Shown in pieces: positions 39,957-51,545 of a stretch of DNA of 64,000 bases (position 1 is its first letter; every line of letters starts with the position of its first letter). Below the pieces are notes generated by a model. The model was not told the origin of the DNA. It saw nothing but the letters and a program-made list of their open reading frames with translations, and ran no database searches. Source of the DNA: an uncultured Chloroflexia bacterium (lineage in GTDB: Bacteria > Chloroflexota > Dehalococcoidia > Dehalococcoidales > RBG-16-60-22); the NCBI GenBank assembly GCA_963796365.1, contig CAWCLJ010000004.1, positions 1,162,519-1,226,518 of the forward strand, in the 5' to 3' direction. The position numbers and the translations under genes were made by a program.

Positions 39957-40466
39957 TCACTTGTAGCGTTTCACTTCGAATCTATAAAGCTTCACCGGCT
40001 CTTCCGGGGAGATGCCGCCTTTTTGCCGGCAAATATCTATCTGGTACTGCGCCGTGTCCACGCCCTCAAGGTCCGGCAGCAATAAGCCCCGTCGCCACCC
40101 GCAAGAAACGATGACGCCGTATTTTTTCGGGTCGAGCTGGCTCATGTTGTCGATTGGCTCCGGGGTGGTCAAAACATCCACAGAATATTCCAGGTCTTTG
40201 AGTTCGTCGGGGGCAATAGCATCGAAACGCGGGTCCTGGGTGGCCGCACTCACCGCGTTGGTAATTATCTCGCCGGCGACGTTTTTTTGCTGCGGCTCGA
40301 AAGTGCCGATGCAGCCGCGCAAATCGCCGTTCTTCTTGTGTATGGAGACGAAGACCCCGGCTTTGGCTTTCATTTCCGTGGTAAGTTCCTTGGGCGGGGA
40401 GGGTCTTCGGCCGGTCCGTACGTAGGTTTCCACCGTCTCTTTGGCCAGAGCAACAATAGTGTCCAT
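39957..40466 (-). CDS. AmmeMemoRadiSam system protein A (AMMECR1 domain)
   Basis: '[10 protein letters not shown]' motif. Last gene of the three-gene operon. Confidence 0.85.
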   Translation of the reverse strand: MDTIVALAKETVETYVRTGRRPSPPKELTTEMKAKAGVFVSIHKKNGDLRGCIGTFEPQQKNVAGEIITNAVSAATQDPRFDAIAPDELKDLEYSVDVLTTPEPIDNMSQLDPKKYGVIVSCGWRRGLLLPDLEGVDTAQYQIDICRQKGGISPEEPVKLYRFEVKRYK

Positions 40467-41285
40467 TTAGGCGCCTCCTTTTTTAAAGATTACCCCCGCA
40501 TAGCCCACCACCTGCCGGTAATCGCCGGTGGCATCGCCGCTGTTCTGGTATTTCACCAGTTCGGCGCTTACCGCACCCAGCTCTTTCACCGCCGCCATGA
40601 GCGTCGTTACCGGGGCGTGGGCGCACATCGTGATATGCAAACGGTTATAGCGCCGTGTCAGTTCATCTTCATCCAGCGCCAGCATCGCCTCGACCGCTTT
40701 CATATCTTTTTCTTTAGCCTGGTCCGCCGATTCATAGTGTGTCATATCGCCGCTGGCGAGGATAACTGTTCCGTGTCCGGTTTTTTGGATTGCCTGTGCT
40801 ATCGCGTGCCCGATTTCTTTAAAAACTTCCTGCGGAGCCTCGGTTAGTATCATCGGCACGATACGTACATCCGGTTTGATGTATTGCAGGAAAGGAAGCT
40901 GTACTTCTACCGCGTGCTCTTCTTTATGGGCCAAATAGTCCTCTTTGGCATACCCGGACTTGCCTATGATTTCCCAGGCGAGTTCGGAATCTATTTCTAC
41001 CTTGCCGAGCGGTGTTTCCCATGTCCCTTCCGGCATGACGCTGAAAGGCTCCCCGAGGCCGGAATGGGTCGGCCCGATGATAATAAAGGTGTCTTTGAAA
41101 ACGATGCGGGAAACGGTCGCCCCGGTCACGGCGCCGGAATACTGGTAGCCGGCATGAGGTACCAGCAGACCGAGAGCCTCCTCTTTAGGGGCTTTTTTAT
41201 CGATATATTTAGCCAGGGCGGCTTTTAGCTGGGCGGCCGTACCCGGGTAGAAATATCCGGCGACCGATGGGCTTCTCGTTATCAT
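40467..41285 (-). CDS. AmmeMemoRadiSam system protein B (MEMO1 family)
   Basis: 'LLVPHAGYQYSG' and 'ASGDMTHY'. Its stop abuts the next ATG. Confidence 0.85.
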   Translation of the reverse strand: MITRSPSVAGYFYPGTAAQLKAALAKYIDKKAPKEEALGLLVPHAGYQYSGAVTGATVSRIVFKDTFIIIGPTHSGLGEPFSVMPEGTWETPLGKVEIDSELAWEIIGKSGYAKEDYLAHKEEHAVEVQLPFLQYIKPDVRIVPMILTEAPQEVFKEIGHAIAQAIQKTGHGTVILASGDMTHYESADQAKEKDMKAVEAMLALDEDELTRRYNRLHITMCAHAPVTTLMAAVKELGAVSAELVKYQNSGDATGDYRQVVGYAGVIFKKGGA

Positions 41286-42322
41286 TTTACGCCTCCTACA
41301 ACCTCGGCCAGCCGGAAATTCAAATCCGCGCCGCAGAACTTGCAGTGCGTACCTGCCAGCCCGATAATTTCCGTATCGTAACCCGTCCGCTTTACCACCA
41401 GGTTTTTGCAGTTATAACAGTAGGTGCTTTCAGCCTCGTGGCCGGGCACGTTGCCGGAATAAACGAATTTCAGCCCGGCCTTTTTCCCTATCTCAAAGGC
41501 TTTATCGATGGTTTCGACGGGGGTGGGCGGGAGTTCCCTTAAATGGTGCTGCGGATAAAAGCGGGTAACGTGCCAGGGGGTCAATTCTCCCAGCTCGTCC
41601 TTGACCCATTGCGCCAACCCCGTAAGCTGCTCATCATCGTCATTCATCGTCGGCACGATATTCGTCACTACCTCGATGTGCATGTGCCACTTATTTTTGG
41701 CGCGTTTGGTAACCTCCAGGATTTCCCGCCAGTTCGGCACCCCGGTAAGTTCTTTATACAGCTTATCGGAAAAGCCCTTGATGTCCACCCGCCAGGCGTC
41801 CAGGTAAGGCCCGATGGTATCCAGCGTTTCCGGGGTGGCGTAGCCGTTGGTCACGTAAACGGTGTAAAGGCCGGCTTTTTTCGCTAGCTGGGCGGACTCC
41901 AGCGTATATTCGAACCAGACAGTCGGCTCGTTGTAGGTCCAGGCGATGCCGCGGCAGCCGTTATGTTTGGCCATTTTGACGGCATCTTCCGGCTTTACTT
42001 CGCGGCACATCCCGGCAATCGAGTTATGGTCGGGCGTGGAAATTTCCCAGTTCTGGCAGTGTTTGCAATGGAAATTACAGCCTAATGTGCCGAGGGAAAA
42101 GCATAAAGTTCCGGGATAGAAGTGAAAGAGGGGTTTTTTTTCAATGGGGTCGACGGCCATGGAAGAGGCGAAAGGATAATTGACATTGTACTCGACGCCT
42201 TCGATATTGGTGTACATACCGCAGACGCCGTAACGGCCCGGGTTAATCCGGCAGCGCCACTGGCAGGTGCCGCACTTTACTTTGAAATCCGGGAGTCTTT
42301 CGTATATGACGGCCTCACGCAT
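41282..42322 (-). CDS. AmmeMemoRadiSam system radical SAM enzyme
   Basis: 'CNFHCKHCQNWE' CxxxCxxC plus N- and C-terminal extra Cys pairs. 4-nt overlap with protein B. Confidence 0.85.
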   Translation of the reverse strand: MREAVIYERLPDFKVKCGTCQWRCRINPGRYGVCGMYTNIEGVEYNVNYPFASSMAVDPIEKKPLFHFYPGTLCFSLGTLGCNFHCKHCQNWEISTPDHNSIAGMCREVKPEDAVKMAKHNGCRGIAWTYNEPTVWFEYTLESAQLAKKAGLYTVYVTNGYATPETLDTIGPYLDAWRVDIKGFSDKLYKELTGVPNWREILEVTKRAKNKWHMHIEVVTNIVPTMNDDDEQLTGLAQWVKDELGELTPWHVTRFYPQHHLRELPPTPVETIDKAFEIGKKAGLKFVYSGNVPGHEAESTYCYNCKNLVVKRTGYDTEIIGLAGTHCKFCGADLNFRLAEVVGGVK

Positions 42323-42471
42323 ATCCGCACCACCCTAAAACAATTATAACACAACAAAGAACGGTAAAAAGTGGTGGATTTATTACAATATGCTGTCATC
42401 CTGGCGAAGATTGAAGTCCCGTGCGGATTTGACGTAAAATTATCTTTTTAAATGCTTTAAAATAAAGTAAA

Positions 42472-43713
42472 TCAGGTAATATTTATCCCTATCATTTTTA
42501 GAATGCTGGCCGGCACCAGCGGTGAAAGAATCAGGAAAGAAACGATATGAGCAACGATTACCAGTATCACTATCGAAAGCGCCAACCACTTCAGCTTACC
42601 GTTTCGACGATTCTTGAAAATATCGATTAGCTGTGAAAGCCCCATGCCTATCGCCAGACAGACCGCTCCCACCGCCGGGTAAAAGTAATAAATATAAGTT
42701 ACCCTCCTTGTCACGAGCGTAATCGGTATCCATATCAGGTAGGTAGCGACGAACCAGCAAAGCCCGAAAATCCCCGCTTCGTCACGTTTTATGGCCCGGT
42801 AAATCAGATACGCGAAGGCGGGAATAATCAAAACCCAGATGCTGAAACTGACGGCCGCTGTGTAATGCGGCGTGATATAAAACGGCATCGTCTTGAAACG
42901 ATAGAGCCATTCCCAGGGCGGGCTTTTGGAGGGGTGGGTCGAGTAGCTAAAGGTCAGACCGCCGGTCAGCCCCAGCATTTCGATTATGCGGGCGATGGGA
43001 TTCAGGAAACTGTTAAATTTCTGGACGATAGCAAAATTCAGCAATACCATCAGAATGATAAATACCGCGATGGCGGCGACAACCGTCCAAACAAACCGCC
43101 GGTGTCGCCGGTGCCGGTAGGAATAAATCCAGTCCAGGACCACCGTCAGCCCCCCGAAGAATCCGGACAATTTGGAAAGAGTGCTTAACCCTATAGCGAC
43201 CCCGGCCCGGACGTACTTCTGCCCGGCGAAAAGCAGGAAACCGGCCATCATAAAAGTGACGTAATAAACGTCCAGCATGGCGACGCTGCCCATCAAAAAG
43301 GTCAGGTTTTCAAAAGCCAGCAAAAAAGCCGCGATAGATGAACCGGTCCGCGATATATTGAGGCGGCGGCAGAGCAGGTAAAACAGCAAGATAGTCGCGG
43401 TGCCGAAGAGAATTGGCAAAACTCTCCAGCCCCACGGGTTGTTCCCAAACGCATCGATGCCGCCGGTAATGAGCAGCTTGGCCAGCGGCGGGTGCTCGAG
43501 ACGACCAGTCTCGTGATTCTGGGTGATATTTTGCGCGTCGGTAATATAATACTGCTCATCCAGGATAGGGGTTTTGGCGCTGTTGATTAAACTGAAATGC
43601 AGCACCAGCGTGGCGATGACGATTAAAGTCAGCCAGAAATACTCCCACCGGTAAATCCGGCCGGCGTATTCTTTAACGCTATTGCCGGGACTATCATCGT
43701 AAGATGTTGCCAT
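42472..43713 (-). CDS. GT39/PMT_2-type (ArnT-like) membrane glycosyltransferase
   Basis: Start MATSYDD at 43713. 'DEQYYITDA', 'EHPPLAKLLI', about 11 TM segments. Confidence 0.75.
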   Translation of the reverse strand: MATSYDDSPGNSVKEYAGRIYRWEYFWLTLIVIATLVLHFSLINSAKTPILDEQYYITDAQNITQNHETGRLEHPPLAKLLITGGIDAFGNNPWGWRVLPILFGTATILLFYLLCRRLNISRTGSSIAAFLLAFENLTFLMGSVAMLDVYYVTFMMAGFLLFAGQKYVRAGVAIGLSTLSKLSGFFGGLTVVLDWIYSYRHRRHRRFVWTVVAAIAVFIILMVLLNFAIVQKFNSFLNPIARIIEMLGLTGGLTFSYSTHPSKSPPWEWLYRFKTMPFYITPHYTAAVSFSIWVLIIPAFAYLIYRAIKRDEAGIFGLCWFVATYLIWIPITLVTRRVTYIYYFYPAVGAVCLAIGMGLSQLIDIFKNRRNGKLKWLALSIVILVIVAHIVSFLILSPLVPASILKMIGINIT

Positions 43714-43823
43714 GAATAATTTTCTGACTAAAAGACGATAATTGATTTTATTATAGCTTACCCGCTGAAATACTACGAGGAAGGGGGGACTAAAGCAAGA
43801 AACTCTAAGCACGAAACCCTAAA

Positions 43824-43916
43824 AGAGAGTCCAGAGAGAAATCTCGCTGGCGGTCCGCCTGAGGCGGACGGGGGTGTCCCCCGGCCACTTCTCTCTTCGG
43901 GAAGGGAAAAGGGGAG
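43824..43916 (+). repeat. family-A triple-hairpin element, copy A3
   Basis: GAGTCCAGAGAGAAATCTCGCTGGCGGTCCGCCTGAGGCGGACGGGGGTGTCCCCCGG, followed by a CTCTC../GGGAA tail. Confidence 0.8.
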
Positions 43917-43968
43917 AAATATGAAAACTTATTTAGAATTTTTTCTTTCCTATTGCTGGCGCTTGCGA

Positions 43969-44369
43969 TTAGTAAGTCGTATTGACCCCCACCCACTTGA
44001 AAAAGTCCACCGGGATGAACGGAGACAATATCAGGAAAGAAATGACGTGCGCCAGCCAAATAACTATCACCACGGAAAGCGCCAGCCCCAGGGATTGTCC
44101 CCGAACATCTGTATGCCGGCCACGATTATCAGCTTGGCCAGCGGCGCGTGCTCCAAACGCTGTGTGCCGTTATCGGCGATAAGGCTCCGGGCGTCCGTGA
44201 CGTAATGGACTTCATCCGGGATGATTTGCCTGGGGTAAAGGATGTTGGAAAAATGCAGTATCAAATATACAATGACGATGAGCGAAAGCCAGAAATACTC
44301 CCACCGGTAATAGCGGCGCGCGCTTTCCTTTATCGCCAGGCCCAGACGGTGCTTAGAAAATAGTTCCAT
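43969..44369 (-). pseudogene. GT39 paralog with large internal deletion and frameshift
   Basis: The N-terminal ~95 codons ('YRWEYFWLSLIVI...EHAPLAKLIIVAGIQMFGDNPWGW') parallel 42472-43713. The C-terminal ~38 codons ('LALSVVIVIWLAHVISFLILSP..') continue in another frame straight after the junction near 44067-44100. Confidence 0.7.
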
Positions 44370-45403
44370 ATGAAGGCTATCACTATCCCCACAAAGTTAG
44401 AAAGATAGGCGTTCACTCCCGCATGTGCCATTCCGGTATATATCCCCCAGTTGATAGCCGCTCCGGCCAGAGCAATAGTGTTGTATTTGCCTAAACGTCC
44501 GAACAGGGAAAGGGTGTTACCCGTGCGGCGGTCGGCAAATGTAAAAACGTCATTGAGAATAAAATTAGTAATGATAGAAACTTCTATGCCCGGTAGGTTT
44601 TGGACAAAAACATTCCAGCTTGTAAAGTGCCTCACGAGGTATAAAATGCCCTCGTTGACCACCACCCCGCTAAGCCCCACCCCGATGAATTTCAGGAACC
44701 GCCATACCTCGCCGGTACGCGCCATCAGGCTGAAAATATGCTTTAAGTAATCTATCTGCGTCTTCATGCGCAGCTTGCTTTGCCCGGCCGCGCGGTTCTC
44801 GAAAACGTAGGGGACTTCGGTGACATTCTTGAAATTGCCCATCAGCAATACTTCCAGCGCAATCTTGTAGCCGATAGGTTTAAGCCTGTCCGAGTCTACT
44901 CCGCTGCGCCGGAAGATAAAGAAGCCGGTCATGGTGTCATGGACCTTGCGGCTTTGCGGCAGCAGGACATGGCATATCTGTGTCGCCCCTTTGGAGATTA
45001 TCCGCCGCGTCAGCCCCCAGCCCGCCGACCCTCCGCCCGGCACGTAACGGCTGGCGAAAGCTATGTCCGCCCCGTTCTCGATGGCTTTGACCAGTTCCGG
45101 GAGTTTTTCCGGCGGGTGCTGTAAGTCCGCGTCCATCACGCAGACGATGGGATTCGTAGTATTTTTGATGCCGTGTATTATGGCGGTCGCCAGGCCTTTT
45201 TCATTTTTACGCACCATCAGCTTTACCGGGTACTTCGATGACAGGCCGTTGACGATATCGATAGTGCCGTCCTGGCTGTTATCGTCGACGATAACAATCT
45301 CGTAATCGTAGCCCTCGAGCGCCTTGTGGATTCTCTCGATGAGAGGCGTAATATTATCCTTTTCGTTATAGGTAGGTATGATAAGCGAGATAGTCTCTTT
45401 CAT
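44330..45403 (-). CDS. GT2 polyprenol-phosphate glycosyltransferase fused to GtrA-like domain
   Basis: 'LIIPTYNEKDNI', 'VMDADLQHPP', and C-terminal TM helices 'FLKFIGVGLSGVVVNEG'. Confidence 0.85.
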   Translation of the reverse strand: MKETISLIIPTYNEKDNITPLIERIHKALEGYDYEIVIVDDNSQDGTIDIVNGLSSKYPVKLMVRKNEKGLATAIIHGIKNTTNPIVCVMDADLQHPPEKLPELVKAIENGADIAFASRYVPGGGSAGWGLTRRIISKGATQICHVLLPQSRKVHDTMTGFFIFRRSGVDSDRLKPIGYKIALEVLLMGNFKNVTEVPYVFENRAAGQSKLRMKTQIDYLKHIFSLMARTGEVWRFLKFIGVGLSGVVVNEGILYLVRHFTSWNVFVQNLPGIEVSIITNFILNDVFTFADRRTGNTLSLFGRLGKYNTIALAGAAINWGIYTGMAHAGVNAYLSNFVGIVIAFIWNYFLSTVWAWR

Positions 45404-45517
45404 CTTTTTCCTATCTTATCCGTTCTTTAGCGTAATAAATATATGAGATATCTCTTATATTTATCCGGTTCTTTAACGATTATATTATATTCGACATACA
45501 TAATGTAAATATTAATT

Positions 45518-46205
45518 TTGATGCTTAACATAAAGCAGTCCCCTCATGGCCTCGGTCATGTCTTTGGCCGAGATACCCCTGCCGGTAAAACTTTGAGCTT
45601 TATTAAAAGGCATTTGCCCAACCCGGACGCAAAAGGTTACATTGGAATTTTTGTTCTGGTGCTGGGTTTTAGGGCTTATGCCCGGTTCTGGGCCGCCCCG
45701 CTTTCTTCCGGCGTGGATGTCCCGCAGTTCTGGGGTTTTGCCAAAGTTTTCGAGCAGTACGACCTGGATTTTTACCGTTACGCCGGTGACACGTTGAAAA
45801 TCTTCCCGGAAAAGGGCTGGGGCATACGTCTACCCTCCCATATGGCTTCTAATTTTGAGGCTGGCGCTCCTGGCGGCCACCACCCGGTACAAGTTTGAAA
45901 AGCTGGCGGCCATGATTATAGCCGTCGTTCCCGCCATCTGGGTATGGATGTTCAATGATGCTTTCTGGTTTTATTACGCGCTGCCGCATCATCTTGAAGC
46001 GGTGAGCGCGCTTAAACGGCTCGGGATGTACAGCGTGAACGCCCCGGACTGGGCGTATGTTACCCTGACGATGGTGTTGTGGGGCCTTTTCCTGGCCTAT
46101 ATCGTCCTGACTTTCACGATATGGCATAAAAGGAAAGAAGATACGCTTCCGGGAGATGGAGTAGTAAGTACCGGAGCTGTCATTGCGTGCCATCAGGATA
46201 AATAA
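45518..46205 (+). pseudogene. membrane protein of the glycosylation cluster, frameshifted
   Basis: ORFs 45518-45898 and 45855-46205 join into one sequence ('..FPEKGW|AYVYPPIWLLILRLALLAATT..') if one G is removed from the CTGGGG run near 45820. Confidence 0.6.
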
Positions 46206-46245
46206 CCAAATCACAAGATACAATGACCAAATCAAATAAAAAAAC

Positions 46246-46363
46246 ATTTGTCATTCCCGTACATTCGCTTTGCTCAGTATAAACTCCGGCGGGAATCCAA
46301 CACGTTATCCTTTTATCATCGGTTTTTCAAAGTGGATTCCCGATTGGATCGGGAATGACAAAT
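46246..46363. repeat. 118-bp MITE-like element with 14-bp perfect terminal inverted repeats (C1)
   Basis: ATTTGTCATTCCCG at 46246-46259 and its exact reverse complement at 46350-46363. The left half recurs inverted at ~51375-51435 and the right half at ~39331-39365. Confidence 0.75.
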
Positions 46364-46433
46364 AAGGAAAGAGAAAAAGAAGAGCCCCCCGACTTGTCGG
46401 GGGGCTCTTTGATTTAGCTGATGTTTCGCCCGG

Positions 46434-49241
<2,808 letters not shown>

Positions 49242-49387
49242 AAAAATCTCCTTGAGGGCAGAGAGGAGCCTGGGGTATCACTCTAATTCTAATCTTATAA
49301 TACAGAAAGTGTTAAAGCAATAGTTAGGAGGATACGGAGGAAAAAATTGAGTAATCAACTATACGTAAGTATTAAAAAATAAAAGTC

Positions 49388-49506
49388 CCCTGGCAATGGC
49401 ATATTTTCCGCAAAGGGTTGCCCCCTCAGTATCGTCTGCGCTGAGGCGTTTCACTTCCGTGTTCGGGATGGGAACGGGTGGGTCCACCTCGCTCTAATCA
49501 CCAAGA
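49388..49506 (-). rRNA. rrf: 5S ribosomal RNA
   Basis: The minus strand reads CTTGGTGATTAGAGCGAGGTGGACCCACCCGTTCCCATCCCGAACACGGAAGTGAAACGCCTCAGCGC...GCCAGGG. The ends pair as helix I, and a T-run follows. Confidence 0.9.
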
Positions 49507-49660
49507 GACTTCTATTTCAAACCTTATATAGTTGTTAAAGGACTTTCACAATTACAGAATACATTATAGCACGGATTTTTGCCTTTGAAAAGACCTTTTG
49601 CGGTATTTTTAGCCCCGGTGCGTAAATTCTTATTAAGGGATTAGGGGTGAAGGCTTGGGG

Positions 49661-49762
49661 GAGTCCAGAGAACTCTCTGGCGGTCCGCCTGAGGTGGACG
49701 GGGGTGTCCCCCGGCATCCTCTCTCCTTGGGGAGGGAAAAAGGCGGGGCGCAAGGATTTAGA
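49661..49762 (+). repeat. family-A triple-hairpin element, copy A4
   Basis: GAGTCCAGAGAACTCTCTGGCGGTCCGCCTGAGGTGGACGGGGGTGTCCCCCGGC..GGGAGGGAAAAAGG..GGATTTAGA. Confidence 0.8.
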
Positions 49763-49891
49763 TATTAAAGTTTAGAATTTTATTTAATTGTACTTATTTG
49801 TAGTATTCTTTACCCCTCCTGTATAATAGGGCGTAACGCTTTAATACTTAACGCAAAACTTCAGTTTTAGGGGAGCGGAAAGGAGCCCGTC

Positions 49892-50113
49892 TTGGCCAGG
49901 GAAACGATAGGGGTACCGATTACGGGTAAAATCATCGCCGTCAACGTCAAACCCGGCGATAAGGTAAAAGAGGGGGACGTCCTCTGCACGCTGGAGTCCA
50001 TGAAAATGGAAAACCCCATTCTCTCGTCAGTGGACGGCACGGTGCTTGAAGTTGGCGTTAAGCCGGAACAAGTTGTAAAGCCCGGCGAGGTCATTGCGGT
50101 GATAGAGTATTAG
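49892..50113 (+). CDS. small biotin/lipoyl-attachment domain protein (BCCP-like)
   Basis: 'VLCTLESMKMENPI' biotinyl-Lys motif. 73 aa, TTG start after GGAAAGGAG. Confidence 0.75.
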   Translation: MARETIGVPITGKIIAVNVKPGDKVKEGDVLCTLESMKMENPILSSVDGTVLEVGVKPEQVVKPGEVIAVIEY

Positions 50114-50249
50114 GGGTTAGTGGGTAGTGGATAGTGAATAGTGGATAGGAAAATCCGAAGCACGAAGCAAGAAATAAGAAACAAATTCAAAACTTTAGAT
50201 AATAAGTTCAAAAGGGGGCCGAAAGGCCCCTTACTTTTTTTACAAGCGG

Positions 50250-51101
50250 CTAAGAATACTGAGTGTCGTCCAAAGATTGAACGTCTGGCTTTTCAGACCC
50301 TGATTTTAAACGCTCCCAGCGTTCTGCTGTTGGATAATTAATAATAAGAATAACTGCAACTACTAATATTAAAGGCAAAGCCACAAAAAATAGACCATCA
50401 GCGATGCCTATTATCAAAGCCATTATTGATGCGATTAGTAAAAATGAAAATTGTCCACCTAAAATTACATAAACTGAAAAGTCATCAAATTCTTTTTTCC
50501 AGATTCTTTTAATAACCCTTGGTGCAAAGATTCCAATTAATAAAAAGGGTACTGCCGCAATAGCGAATATTAATTCCAAAGTAGTTTTTTTACCGGTTAA
50601 GTCGGTCTTTCCAAGGATTGTTAAAACGATTAATGCTATTATTATTGCCACAACCGCTAACATTGTTATCCAATAAATTATTTTCGCTGGTGTGGTAAAG
50701 GGTTTTGTTAAAAATTCTGTTTGCTGGGGGTCTTGGGGGATCGGCTCTTTTTTGATAATGTATCTATAGAAATAAATTGAGTTAATCATTAGCAAAAAAA
50801 CAAGCCATATACTTCCTATTGGTTTTAAAAAATTGATTGTCATCGAAAGCACAATCGGAACGAAAGTACCTATTAGAGTAATAGTACGTATTAAATACCC
50901 GTATCGTTTCCGGCCTGATAGATAACGTTTATGGCAATAGTAAATTATAAATGTGAGTATTACTGCCACGATAAAAGCGGCCCAAAAGACTGGTTTATTC
51001 GGAAAACCAAAACTTAAATAACCATAAACAAGTATCCCAGCGATAAAAATTTCGGTGGGGATTATTATGGCTTTTTGGTTTTTCAGCAACCAATTTAGCA
51101 T
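50250..51101 (-). CDS. AT-rich multi-pass membrane protein, no recognised family
   Basis: About 8 hydrophobic segments and strongly AT-rich compared with its neighbours. The ORF opens at 51170, but MLNWLLK at 51101 is the more plausible start. Confidence 0.55.
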   Translation of the reverse strand: MLNWLLKNQKAIIIPTEIFIAGILVYGYLSFGFPNKPVFWAAFIVAVILTFIIYYCHKRYLSGRKRYGYLIRTITLIGTFVPIVLSMTINFLKPIGSIWLVFLLMINSIYFYRYIIKKEPIPQDPQQTEFLTKPFTTPAKIIYWITMLAVVAIIIALIVLTILGKTDLTGKKTTLELIFAIAAVPFLLIGIFAPRVIKRIWKKEFDDFSVYVILGGQFSFLLIASIMALIIGIADGLFFVALPLILVVAVILIINYPTAERWERLKSGSEKPDVQSLDDTQYS

Positions 51102-51324
51102 GGTGTTTATTGTTGTAGTTTTCTCCCTCAATAGTTTCCCAATTATATAACGGGGGAGGGGTGGTAGCAAGCGTTTTAGACCTTTTCTTCATATTCTCCC
51201 TCTCCGTCGACAGAGAGGGAGACACAAGAATCATTAGAATTATACATAAACTATTGCCTCCTCTCTGCCAGCGGAGAGGAGGTCAGGAGAAAAGGTCGGT
51301 ATCCTCCTTTTCCCTCCTCCGCCA

Positions 51325-51435
51325 TTCTGACGAAGGTCAGAATCCAGCAAAAACTTCAGAGTTTCTTTGCCTTTTTAAATGGATTCCAGCCGGAGTTTAT
51401 ACTGAGCAAAGCGAATGTACGGGAATGACATTTGT
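51325..51435 (-). repeat. composite hairpin-module element C2
   Basis: Its reverse complement begins CAAATGTCATTCCCGTACATTCGCTTTGCTCAGTATAAACTCCGGC, as does the left half of C1, then continues with a GGATTCTGACCTTCGTCAGAATGG hairpin. Confidence 0.7.
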
Positions 51436-51545
51436 TTTTTATCTTTGATTTGTGTTTTTGAGATTTGAGATTTGATTTTTGAGATTACACCCTCCCCCCT
51501 CCCCGCCCTTGCCTTTCCCAGCTAAACATAATATCCTGATAATGT

